A stretch of 53,243 nt of DNA, from positions 1-53,243 of the forward strand of contig CBDEUM010000017.1 in assembly GCA_965242925.1 (NCBI GenBank), read 5' to 3'. Made by a program: the position numbers and the translations under genes. A model generated the notes under the pieces. That model was given only the letters and a program-made list of their open reading frames with translations, searched no databases and was not told where the DNA came from. Each line of letters starts with the position of its first letter. Within the stretch, counting starts at the first letter, position 1. The DNA comes from Roseibacillus sp. (lineage in GTDB: Bacteria > Verrucomicrobiota > Verrucomicrobiia > Verrucomicrobiales > Akkermansiaceae). This document shows, piece after piece, positions 19,889 to 29,278 of this stretch.

Positions 19889-21126
19889 CTTCCATGACGA
19901 TTGATCGACCAGCTATGATCCTCGCCATCGCGGCCTCTCTCGGAACCGCGCAGGCGGAGGATTGGCCGACCTGGCGCCACGACAATCATCGCTCGGGAAC
20001 GAGTTCCGAGCAACTTGACGCCGCGAACCTCACGCTCTCGTGGGTCTTCCGCGAATCCACTCCGCCCCAACCAGCCTGGCACGGAACCATGCAGCGTGAC
20101 ACCTGGGGAAACGTTGCCAAACCGAAGGAGGCGCGTGCTTACGACAAGGCCTTCAACCTGATCGCAGCGCAAGGCAAGGTCTTTGTCGCCTCTTCCTCCG
20201 GAAACGCCTGCGTGGCGCTCAACGCCGTGGACGGCAAGGAAACATGGCGTCATCACGTTCAGGGAGCGGTGCGCATCGCCCCGGCCTACGATCGGGGCCG
20301 GATCTACTTCGGCTCCGACGACGGCCAGGCCTACTGCGTGACTTCCGACACCGGAACCAGGGCCTGGAGCTTCCGGGGTTCCAGCGACAAGACCCTCATC
20401 CCAGCCGACCACAAGTTCATCTCGCGCTATCCCTGCCGGACCGGAGTCCTCGTGCAGGGCGGCAACGCCTATTGCGGATTCGGTCTGCTCCCCTGGCAGG
20501 ACAATCACCTCGCCTCCCTCAATGCCCTCACCGGCGCGACCAACTACAACAAGACCGTCGCGGCCGCCCAGTGGTATTCCATGGAGGGTCCAATGCTCGC
20601 CTCCAGCGACCGCCTCTTTGTTCTGCAGGGCCGGGTTTCGCCAATCTCTTTCCAACTTTCCGACGGCGCTTCGCTCGGGCGCCTCCCCGGAGGGGGCGGA
20701 ACCTTTGCGGTCCTGACCCCGGACAGCAAACTCATCCACGGACCCGGCCACGGCAACAACACCTGGGCCAAGAGCCGGACCTTCCACCTTCAGGAGAGCA
20801 ACGCAGTTTCGCGGGCCAACATTGCGCGCCACTCGCGCGCTCACCGCGTCCTGGTGAACGGCTCGACCCGCTACTACGTGATTCGCGAGGCAATCCAGGC
20901 CACGGGCGGCCGTTCCTGGGTGCAAACCATGCGGGAACCGGAAACCCTTATCCTGGGCGGCACTATTCTCTACGTCGGGGGAAGAAATGAAATCCGCTGT
21001 TTCCACGCCTCCAACGGATCCCTCCTGCGAACCCTGCCGGTGGAGGGTGTTGTGCACTGCCTCGCCCTGGCCGACGGCCGTCTCTTCGCCTCCACCCACA
21101 GCGGAAAGATCTACGCCTTTGAGTAG
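19885..21126 (+). CDS. Secreted PQQ-binding-like beta-propeller protein
   Basis: AEDWPTWRHDNHRSG, ALNAVDGKETW, GRIYFGSDDG and LALADGRLFASTHSGKIYAF. The GTG start overlaps the upstream TGA; ATG 19894 is an alternative. Confidence 0.85.
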   Translation: MTSMTIDRPAMILAIAASLGTAQAEDWPTWRHDNHRSGTSSEQLDAANLTLSWVFRESTPPQPAWHGTMQRDTWGNVAKPKEARAYDKAFNLIAAQGKVFVASSSGNACVALNAVDGKETWRHHVQGAVRIAPAYDRGRIYFGSDDGQAYCVTSDTGTRAWSFRGSSDKTLIPADHKFISRYPCRTGVLVQGGNAYCGFGLLPWQDNHLASLNALTGATNYNKTVAAAQWYSMEGPMLASSDRLFVLQGRVSPISFQLSDGASLGRLPGGGGTFAVLTPDSKLIHGPGHGNNTWAKSRTFHLQESNAVSRANIARHSRAHRVLVNGSTRYYVIREAIQATGGRSWVQTMREPETLILGGTILYVGGRNEIRCFHASNGSLLRTLPVEGVVHCLALADGRLFASTHSGKIYAFE

Positions 21127-21166
21127 GCTTTGACAGAGCCCGCGAAACTTCCATCCTCCCTGCGTC

Positions 21167-22723
21167 GTGGCGAAGAGTCGAAAAAAAACGACCCGCGGGC
21201 AGAAGCAGGCCGCCCAGCCGGTTTCGCTGGACTCTCCCGAGCTCCAACGCGCGCGCGAGCGCTGGAGCCGCAACCAGTTTGAGCCGGCCCTCAAACTCTT
21301 CCGACAGGCAGTCCGGCGACAACCCGACAATACCCTCGCGCTGACCGATGCGGCGCGCGCCTTCGGGGCTCGCTTCGAAATCCCCACCGCCGAGAAACTC
21401 CTCGCCCGCCTCATGAAACTGGCGGGCAACAATCAGGATCTCCTCTTTCAGACCGGGCAAACCTACCGCATGATCCGGAGACCGGAGGAGGCCATCGCCT
21501 GTTTCGAGTCCGCCCTGCAGTCCGGCCGCCCACTGCCCGAGGCGCACCTCGAACTGTCCATTCTCTTCGAGCGCCGCCATCGTCTCGAGGACTCGCTGGA
21601 ACACGCCGAGGCCTTTCTCAAGTCACGGCCCAACTCACCCGAGGGCAAATTGGTCCAGGCCCGGGTCCTGCGACGATCCGGCGACACCGCAGGAGCAACC
21701 ACGGTCCTGGAGTCGATCGTGCACGCCACCACGCCGCACCCCTTTATCCGCTCGGAGGCAGCCTCGCTGGTGGCGGCCATCCTCGACCAGGAGGGGCACT
21801 ACGACGAGGCCTTCAAGATGATGGTGGAGTCCAAGTCAATTCTCTCCCCCCTCGCGGAACCGCACCTGAAGAAAGCCGAGCAGGAGATCCAGTTCACCAC
21901 CGCGCTGCGTGACGAGTTCACCTCCGAGGTTCTCTCGAGGTGGACCGCCCGGGAAGACGAGTCGAGGATCGCCCTTCTGACCGGGCCTCCCCGCAGCGGC
22001 ACCACTCTCCTCGAGCGAGTCCTCGATGCTCATCCGGAGATTCTCTGCTCCGATGAACGGGAAGCCTTTCCCAGTTACATCCTGCCCACCGTGCTCTCCA
22101 AGTCTGCAAATCGTCCGCCCGTCTTCGGCGTGGAGACTCTCGACAAGATCACGGACCGCGCTCTCGAGACGCAACGCGACCGCTACCGCAACTACCTCTG
22201 CTGGGCCCTCGGCGAGGATCAGGATGAACGCTGGCTCATCGACAAGAATCCATCCACCGTTCCCCTCCTCCCCGGCTTCCTGCGCACCGTCCCCTCGGGA
22301 AAAATCCTCTATGCGTCCCGTGACCCGCGCGACGTGGTCCTCTCCTGCTTTTTCCGTTATCTCCCCCTCAACTCGGTGAGCGCCCGCTTCCTCGAAATCC
22401 GCACCGCCGCCGAGCGAACGCGCTTCGAGATCGAAACCTGGCACCGCTACCGCGAAGTCCTCGCCGATCAATGGGCGGAGGTCGCCTATGAAGACCTCGT
22501 TTCCGATTTCGCCGGGGCCCTCACCCCCATCCTGAATCTCCTGGGCCTCCCATGGCATGAGGATCTCACCCACTACCGGGACCAGAACGTGCACAAGGCG
22601 GTCAATTCCCCGACCTACGCCGAGGTCACCCAGCCCATTTACGGCGCAGCGGTGGGCCGGTGGAAGAACTACGAATCGCACCTGGGCCCCGCCCTTGAGG
22701 TCCTGGAGGGCCTGGAGACCTGA
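21167..22723 (+). CDS. TPR-repeat sulfotransferase
   Basis: N-terminal TPRs; PAPS motif TGPPRSGTTLLERVLDAHP; IDKNP, RDPRDVVLS, YEDLV and QPIY..AVGRWKNY. Confidence 0.92.
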   Translation: MAKSRKKTTRGQKQAAQPVSLDSPELQRARERWSRNQFEPALKLFRQAVRRQPDNTLALTDAARAFGARFEIPTAEKLLARLMKLAGNNQDLLFQTGQTYRMIRRPEEAIACFESALQSGRPLPEAHLELSILFERRHRLEDSLEHAEAFLKSRPNSPEGKLVQARVLRRSGDTAGATTVLESIVHATTPHPFIRSEAASLVAAILDQEGHYDEAFKMMVESKSILSPLAEPHLKKAEQEIQFTTALRDEFTSEVLSRWTAREDESRIALLTGPPRSGTTLLERVLDAHPEILCSDEREAFPSYILPTVLSKSANRPPVFGVETLDKITDRALETQRDRYRNYLCWALGEDQDERWLIDKNPSTVPLLPGFLRTVPSGKILYASRDPRDVVLSCFFRYLPLNSVSARFLEIRTAAERTRFEIETWHRYREVLADQWAEVAYEDLVSDFAGALTPILNLLGLPWHEDLTHYRDQNVHKAVNSPTYAEVTQPIYGAAVGRWKNYESHLGPALEVLEGLET

Positions 22724-22877
22724 AGGCAGAGCCTGTCTCCGCCCTCCCATCGCCAATTGGCGGGATTTTACCGGAAATAATTGTATTTGGAGGTTTACAG
22801 GCGGGTCAGGCCCCTAAACACGTTAACGGATGGGTCTGATAGGCCTTTCCCGCAATGCCCAAACCCACAGCCGAATC

Positions 22878-23591
22878 GTGAAAGCTTCCACCCGCCTTTC
22901 TGCCACCCTTGGGATCCTCACCGGGTCTCTTATGTTCGCCGGTTCCCTTCCGGCTGCCAACACGATCGTCAATGGGAGCTTCGAGGAGTCCAACGGATTT
23001 AACGGCACCAATGACGGCTTCGGCTGGGTCAGCGCCAACGGCTTCGCCGACGTCTTCGATGTCTACAGCCATACCACGGCGGTCTGGTATGCTCCAGGAT
23101 CCGCTCCGGCCGGTGCAGGGGAGTGGTATTTTCACACCGTCGGCCTGGGAACCATTCCCAGTGGTGGCATTGTAGAGCAATCGATCACCCTCAGTGACTT
23201 TTCGAGTAGCGGGAACATCGATGCCGGGAACGTCACTTTTGATTTTTCGGCCCAGATTGCCGGCTACCAAGCTGGCGGCGACACGGCCATCCTGGAACTC
23301 GTTTTCCTGGACGCCGCCTCCAGCCAGGTCGGGAGCACCGTGACCCTGGATGGAACAACCGGGGGAGCCGACGGCATCACCAACACCTTCGACCTCTTCT
23401 CTTCCGCCGGCACCGTCCCGGCCAATGCCGAAACCGCGAGAGTGCAAATTCTCCAGGCCACCGCAGGGACCTCCAACGGCAACGATAACTACGTCGATCT
23501 CGTGGCCCTCGACATAACGACCATTCCCGAGCCCTCCACCTTCGTGCTCGGGAGCCTCGGTCTCCTCGGCTTCCTCCGCCGCCGTCGCTAG
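22878..23591 (+). CDS. PEP-CTERM sorting-domain surface protein with CBM-like domain
   Basis: C-terminus IPEPSTFVLGSLGLLGFLRRRR; signal peptide from GTG 22878; NGSFE start of the domain. Confidence 0.9.
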   Translation: MKASTRLSATLGILTGSLMFAGSLPAANTIVNGSFEESNGFNGTNDGFGWVSANGFADVFDVYSHTTAVWYAPGSAPAGAGEWYFHTVGLGTIPSGGIVEQSITLSDFSSSGNIDAGNVTFDFSAQIAGYQAGGDTAILELVFLDAASSQVGSTVTLDGTTGGADGITNTFDLFSSAGTVPANAETARVQILQATAGTSNGNDNYVDLVALDITTIPEPSTFVLGSLGLLGFLRRRR

Positions 23592-23825
23592 GAGCCGATT
23601 TGGTTGTAGCCCTGCCCCGGGAGAGTGATGCCTCTCCCCCTGCTACCATTTTCCCGAGTCCCAAGGCCGTCCGCCCGACCTCCAATCGTGCCGCGGAATC
23701 CAGCAAGAAAAAGCTAGTTTATCTGTCATGTGTACAGCATGGATGGAACTGACGATTTTTGAGCGAGCCCCTCATTCGCATCGGAAGCCTGGCTTCAGGC
23801 CAGGCGCGCAACCCATCGTATTCTC

Positions 23826-25253
23826 ATGAAACTAAAAACACCACTCCCCTGGGGACGAGCGTTCACTCCCCACACTGCTCTCGCCATCGTGGCCGGCAGC
23901 CTCGCCTTCGCGGGATCACTTCCCGCAACCGAGATCCTCGAGAACGGAAGTTTCGAAAACAACAACGGTTTCGATGGGCTCAATAGCGGCTTCAGCTGGA
24001 CAAGCCCGAACTTTCCCAACGAAGTCTTTGATGTCTATAATTACACAACGCAGATCTGGTTCACTGGACCCGCCCCCATGGGCGGGGGAGATTGGTACTT
24101 CCACACCGTCGGCCTCGGAACCATTCCGGATGGTGCGATCGTGGAACAGACGCAGGACCTCATTTCCGCCGCCACCGGTCTGACTTCCCGAAACATCGAC
24201 GCGGGTGGTTCGCAATTCACCTTCAGCGCCCAGATCGCCGGATACCCACCACAAACGGATACCGGCCTCCTCGAACTGGAATTCTTCGATGACTCCGATC
24301 TCTCCCTCGGAGTGGCCGCCACCCTGGACGGAATCACCGGAGGCGACGACGGGCTGATCGATACCTGGGATCTGTTTACCGAGAGCGCCTTCATCCCTTC
24401 CGGGGCGCGGAAGGCCACCGTTCGTATCCTGCAAACATCCGAGGGCTCGAACGGAAACGACAACTACGTCGATCTCGTCAGCCTCGACGTCACTGCCGGG
24501 CCAGGCAAGCTCCAGCTGGAGGTGAACCACCTGGCGGACAGCAACGAACTGGAATTCAAGTGGGACAGCGAACCCGGAACACTCTACAACTTGCGGAGCG
24601 AGCTGGATCCCTCCGCCGCGGAGCCCATCAACTGGCCCATCTTCGGGGGAAACGCCAGCATCGCGGCCACCCCGCCAAAGAACACCCTGACCATCCCCAT
24701 GCCCGCTGACCCTACGCAGCTGTTTGTGGTTGGAAGTTTTCCGGCACCTCCCGTGACCCTCTTAGCGGACGACCTTGAGTCGGGTGCCGAGGGCTGGACC
24801 ACCGTTATTAACGATGCAACCGGAAACACCCGGTGGGAACTCGGATCACCGTCCGGTTCCACCGGACCCCTCACCGGCGCCGGTGACTCCGCCACGGCGT
24901 GGTCCACCAATCTCGGCGACTACGGTCCGGACTCCGACATTTCCCTGCGTTCCCCCGCCTTCGACCTGAGCGGTGTGGCCAGCGCGGAATTAACCTTCAA
25001 GGCCTTCCGCGATACCGACGGATTTGGCGACTCCGCGGTGGTGCGCTTCCTGCGTGCGGTCGACTTCCTGCAACTGGGCACGGAAACGGCGATCGACATG
25101 ACGGCATTCGATATCGACTACACGAGCATCAGCATCCCGGTCGTTCCGGAGGCCCTGGGCGAGAATGTGATCATTGAGTGGACTTTCGTGAGCGACGGTA
25201 GCGTAGATGCCTTCAGTGGACTGAGCATTGACGATATCGAGGTGGTCGAATAG
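23826..25253 (+). CDS. Secreted protein; N-domain paralogous to the upstream PEP-CTERM protein, C-terminal MAM-like jelly-roll
   Basis: Shares WYFHTVGLGTIP, FSAQIAGY and SNGNDNYVDLV with 22878-23591; C-domain DDLESGAEGWT...WELGSP...LRSPAFDLS...GLSIDDIEV. Confidence 0.75.
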   Translation: MKLKTPLPWGRAFTPHTALAIVAGSLAFAGSLPATEILENGSFENNNGFDGLNSGFSWTSPNFPNEVFDVYNYTTQIWFTGPAPMGGGDWYFHTVGLGTIPDGAIVEQTQDLISAATGLTSRNIDAGGSQFTFSAQIAGYPPQTDTGLLELEFFDDSDLSLGVAATLDGITGGDDGLIDTWDLFTESAFIPSGARKATVRILQTSEGSNGNDNYVDLVSLDVTAGPGKLQLEVNHLADSNELEFKWDSEPGTLYNLRSELDPSAAEPINWPIFGGNASIAATPPKNTLTIPMPADPTQLFVVGSFPAPPVTLLADDLESGAEGWTTVINDATGNTRWELGSPSGSTGPLTGAGDSATAWSTNLGDYGPDSDISLRSPAFDLSGVASAELTFKAFRDTDGFGDSAVVRFLRAVDFLQLGTETAIDMTAFDIDYTSISIPVVPEALGENVIIEWTFVSDGSVDAFSGLSIDDIEVVE

Positions 25254-25349
25254 CCGGGAGAAATGGCCCCAGCCAGGAAGGAGCACGCTTCCGCTCCATG
25301 GCACAGAACCCCGGGCGGGAGGGATGCCGCCTGCCTGATAAGGGCAACA

Positions 25350-26093
25350 CTAGTAAACTGCCCGTCCACCCGAGAGATCGAAGGTGAATCCGGTGTTGAA
25401 ACTCGCCTCCGGGGAGAGGATCCAGCAGGCTGTCGCGGCCACTTCGTCGAGAGTTCCACAGCGCTTCATCGGGATCTTGTCGGTCATGTACTTCACCTGT
25501 GCTGGTTCCATGTTGTCCACCATGGCGGTGCGGATCACCGCCGGGGCCAGGCCATTCACCGTGATGCCTGTTTCCGCATATTCCTTGCCAACGGATTTCA
25601 CCAGGCCGATCACACCCGCCTTGCTGGTCGAGTAACACGACATGCCGGCGTTACCCTCCTTGCCTGCGATTGAGGCGATGAGCAGCACCCGCCCGTAGTC
25701 TCGCGGCAGCATGTGCCGCACCGCCTCGCGGCAAGTCAGAAACGAACCGCGAACATTCACGGCCTGCACCTGGTCGAATCCTGACACAGGCACCTCATCG
25801 ATTCTCATCCCATTCGGGCCGACGATTCCCGCGCAGTTCACCATCACATCCAGACGCTCTGCCGCAGCGTGAATTCTTTGGAATGCACCGGCGACCGAAG
25901 TCTCGTCGGCCACATCCAGCGGCTCGAATTCGCACCCGATCTTCTTCGCGGCAGCGGTCCCCTTTTCCTGATCGCGGTCCGCGATCCACACTCGCGCACC
26001 CTCATCCGCCAGGCGGGCTGCGATGTGCAGGCCCAGCCCGTCGGCCCCACCCGTAATGATGGCAGTCTGATTCTTGAATCGCTCGTTGGTCAT
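25350..26093 (-). CDS. Short-chain dehydrogenase/reductase (SDR)
   Basis: TGGADGLG, VNCAGI, YSTSK catalytic motif, TG-TFDLSGG. Confidence 0.93.
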   Translation of the reverse strand: MTNERFKNQTAIITGGADGLGLHIAARLADEGARVWIADRDQEKGTAAAKKIGCEFEPLDVADETSVAGAFQRIHAAAERLDVMVNCAGIVGPNGMRIDEVPVSGFDQVQAVNVRGSFLTCREAVRHMLPRDYGRVLLIASIAGKEGNAGMSCYSTSKAGVIGLVKSVGKEYAETGITVNGLAPAVIRTAMVDNMEPAQVKYMTDKIPMKRCGTLDEVAATACWILSPEASFNTGFTFDLSGGRAVY

Positions 26094-26524
26094 GATGGTT
26101 TCCTAACGGATTTGAGGACTATTACAGGAATTTGTTGTCAGAGGGCATGAATCGCCGATGCCGTAGCCAATCATTACCCGCACCCCCTTTGCGGCAAGCC
26201 TCTCGAAGCAATCTATTCGAAAGGCCGCGACCCGGCTGGCATTCGTGTCCATTCGCTGTTCCCTATCCTTCTCCCTGCCAGTCGTGTCGCTCCGCCGCCG
26301 CCGGGGCCTTGAGTGTCGCAACCAGGTATTCGATGGGACTCTTGTATTTCGCGTCCGGAGCTCCCACGAACACGAGATGTCCCTCGACGCCCGACTCGCA
26401 CAGCTCTAGCGTTGCAGGCTCTAGCCCTCAAACGTTCATTTTCCCGAGAGAAAGTCGCACAATTTGGCGATGGATTAGTTCGTGCCTGAGCGTTTAGACT
26501 GCTTTGAATTCTTCCTCAAGTGGG

Positions 26525-29278
26525 ATGCTCCGAAACACCTTCCTCCCTCTCTCTCTCGCCCTTGGGCTTTGTTCGGGAGGGCCTGCAGTTGCCGAGAAGG
26601 AGTGGTGGTCCCTGCAACCCTTGAAGCGGCCCTTGGTGCCGGATGCGGAGGGTCCGGACGCCGGGCGCGTGGAATCCCCGATCGATCTCTTCATCATCGA
26701 GACCCACCGACGGGAAGGCTTGCGACTTTCGCCGGCGGCGGATCGGCGCACGTTGGTCCGGAGACTTTACTACGATGTCATCGGGCTGCCTCCGTCGCCT
26801 GAGGAGGTGGCATCGTTTTTGTTGGATCGCGATCCGCAGGCCTACGCGAAGCTCGTCGATGAACTTCTCGCCAAGCCTGGCTATGGAGAACGTTGGGCGC
26901 GGCACTGGCTCGATGTGGTACACTACGGAGAGAGCCACGGCTACGACAAGGACCAGCCGCGTCCGAATGCCTGGCCCTACCGGGATTATGTCATTCGCGC
27001 CTTCAATGAAGACAAGCCCTACATGCGCTTTGTGAAGGAGCAGCTCGCTGGCGACGTTCTCTGGCCGGCAACAGTTGATGGCATCGTCGCGACCGGATTC
27101 ATTGCCGCTGGCCCGTGGGACTTGATCGGACACGCTGAAGTCCCCGAAGAGAAGATCGATGGCAAGGTAGCGAGACATCTCGATCGGGACGACATGGTGA
27201 TGACGACCATGAATTCGTTTTGTTCGATCACGGTGCAGTGTGCGCAGTGTCACGATCACAAACTCGATCCGGTCACGATGAAGGACTACTACTCCCTGCA
27301 GTCTGTCTTCGCGGCGCTCGATCGAGCGAACAGGCCTTACGACGCGGGTCCGGAGATTGCTGAGAAACGAGCGGCTCTGCAGGCCGAGCAGAGCGAGTTG
27401 AAGAAAGGGATGACGGCCAACAAGCAGGCGATCGAGGCCTTGAAAACGCCGGAGGTCCTTGCGCTTGAGAAAGAGGTCACCGCTCTTGAAGAAAAGTTCA
27501 GCACGAGCAGGTCGGGGAAACGTTCCAATCGCTATGGCTATCACAGCCAAGTGGCGCCGAGTCAGGACACGGTGAAGTGGGTGCAGATAGATTTGGGTAA
27601 GAGCATGCTCATTGATCAGGTTGTGATCGTCGCTGCAGATGAGTTCGGCTTTTCGGATTTTGGATTTCCTCATCGCTTCCGGGTGGAAAGCTCGAACAAG
27701 GCCGACTTTTCGAGATCGCAGGCGCTGAGCGACCAGTCGAAGGGTGATTTTTCCCGCCCCGGTGCGCGGCCGGTTGTGATTGAAGGAAAGGGGAGCGTCG
27801 CCCGCTACCTGCGCGTGACCGCGAACAAGTTGTGGAGTCGCCGTCATAAGGGAAAGCCCCTGACCAAGGACTGGATTTTTGCCCTCGGGGAGATGGCGGT
27901 GATCAGCAAGGGGAAGATGGTGAAGGTCGTGAAGGTCACCGCGCTCGATAGTATCGAAGCGCCGGTTCGTTGGTCGAAGGCGGATCTCGTTGATGGAATT
28001 TACGGGGCGTATTCGCTCGATGCCCTGGTCGAGGGCCAGATACAGCCTGGCGGGGAAGGGGCCATGTTGCTTCGCCTCGCCGGCCCGGACACGAGCGAGG
28101 AGCGCAAGGAACTGGAGGCGAAGATTGCGCAACGCGACAAACAGCTGGCTGCGCTGCGCGATCCCGCTCTTGAGAAGAAGGGGACGGAGATCGCTGCGAG
28201 CCTCGGCAGGATCGAGGGCAAACTGAAGGCTCTCGGCCAGTCGCTGATGGTCTATGCGGGCACAGTGCACAAGGGGAGCGGGACCTTCAAAGGACGGGCG
28301 CATGCCGGCGGCAAGCCGCGCGACATTTTTATATTGAATCGCGGCGATGTTACCCAGCCAGGAGATCCCGTGCAGCCGGCCACCGTTCCGAATATCGTCC
28401 CCGGCCTCTCACCGGTGTTCGACCTGCCCGAAGATCATAAGGAGGGCGATCGGCGAGTGGCGCTGGCGAACTGGATCACTCATCCCGAGAACACCCTGAC
28501 GTGGCGCAGCATGGTCAATCGGATCTGGCAGTACCACTTTGGGCGGGGGATCGTGGAGACTCCCAACGACTTCGGAACAGTGGGGGGCAAGCCTACTCAT
28601 CAGGCCTTGTTGGATTGGTTGGCGGTGGAGTTTCGCGACGGAGGGGGATCGATGAAGAAAATTCATCGCCTCATTCTGAACAGCGCGACCTACAAGCAGA
28701 GCAGCGCTCACGGTGCGGCTTCCGCGAAGATCGACGGTTCAAACCGCTTTCTCTGGCGTCAGAATCGGCGACGGCTCGAAGCGGAAGCATTGCGCGACAC
28801 CGTGCTGCTGGTTTCCGGAAAACTCGATCGCAAGATGGGTGGGCCCTCCTTCAAGGACTTCGTCATCGAGCAACCCCAGCACTCACCGCACTACCAGTAT
28901 CATAAGGCCAACCACGATGATCCCGCCACACAGCGCCGATCGGTTTATCGTTTCCTTGTCCGTTCGCAGCCGCAGCCTTTCATGGACACTCTCGACTGTG
29001 CCGACCCCTCCCAATTGGTGGACAAGCGCGGAGAGACCACGACCGCCCTGCAGGCGTTGGCCTTGCTCAACAACGCCTTCATGGTGCGGATGGCCGAACA
29101 CTTTGCAGGCAGGGTCGCGAAGGAGGCTGATCCGATCGCGTTGGCGGTTGATCTCACCCTTTCCCGGTCGGCAACTCCCGAGGAGCACAGATTGCTCAAG
29201 GGCTTTGCCGACAAACACGGATTGCCGGCGATGTGTCGTCTCCTCTTTAACTTCAGCGAATTCAGCTTTGTCGACTAA
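26525..29278 (+). CDS. DUF1549 + discoidin (F5/8-like) + DUF1553 (PSD1) protein
   Basis: WWSLQPLKRP, YGERWARHWLDVVHY, CAQCHDHK, KWVQIDLG, ARYLRVTA, MVNRIWQYHFGRG and terminal SEFSFVD. Confidence 0.9.
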   Translation: MLRNTFLPLSLALGLCSGGPAVAEKEWWSLQPLKRPLVPDAEGPDAGRVESPIDLFIIETHRREGLRLSPAADRRTLVRRLYYDVIGLPPSPEEVASFLLDRDPQAYAKLVDELLAKPGYGERWARHWLDVVHYGESHGYDKDQPRPNAWPYRDYVIRAFNEDKPYMRFVKEQLAGDVLWPATVDGIVATGFIAAGPWDLIGHAEVPEEKIDGKVARHLDRDDMVMTTMNSFCSITVQCAQCHDHKLDPVTMKDYYSLQSVFAALDRANRPYDAGPEIAEKRAALQAEQSELKKGMTANKQAIEALKTPEVLALEKEVTALEEKFSTSRSGKRSNRYGYHSQVAPSQDTVKWVQIDLGKSMLIDQVVIVAADEFGFSDFGFPHRFRVESSNKADFSRSQALSDQSKGDFSRPGARPVVIEGKGSVARYLRVTANKLWSRRHKGKPLTKDWIFALGEMAVISKGKMVKVVKVTALDSIEAPVRWSKADLVDGIYGAYSLDALVEGQIQPGGEGAMLLRLAGPDTSEERKELEAKIAQRDKQLAALRDPALEKKGTEIAASLGRIEGKLKALGQSLMVYAGTVHKGSGTFKGRAHAGGKPRDIFILNRGDVTQPGDPVQPATVPNIVPGLSPVFDLPEDHKEGDRRVALANWITHPENTLTWRSMVNRIWQYHFGRGIVETPNDFGTVGGKPTHQALLDWLAVEFRDGGGSMKKIHRLILNSATYKQSSAHGAASAKIDGSNRFLWRQNRRRLEAEALRDTVLLVSGKLDRKMGGPSFKDFVIEQPQHSPHYQYHKANHDDPATQRRSVYRFLVRSQPQPFMDTLDCADPSQLVDKRGETTTALQALALLNNAFMVRMAEHFAGRVAKEADPIALAVDLTLSRSATPEEHRLLKGFADKHGLPAMCRLLFNFSEFSFVD

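Noticed and set aside
22806..22839. Hairpin tcaggccc...gggtctga upstream of the PEP-CTERM gene as a riboswitch
   Set aside because: A single stem with no recognisable aptamer consensus.
26265..26279. Short inverted resemblance to the tRNA-Tyr acceptor/T stem (atccttctccctgcc)
   Set aside because: Short, gapped and in the opposite orientation; consistent with chance.
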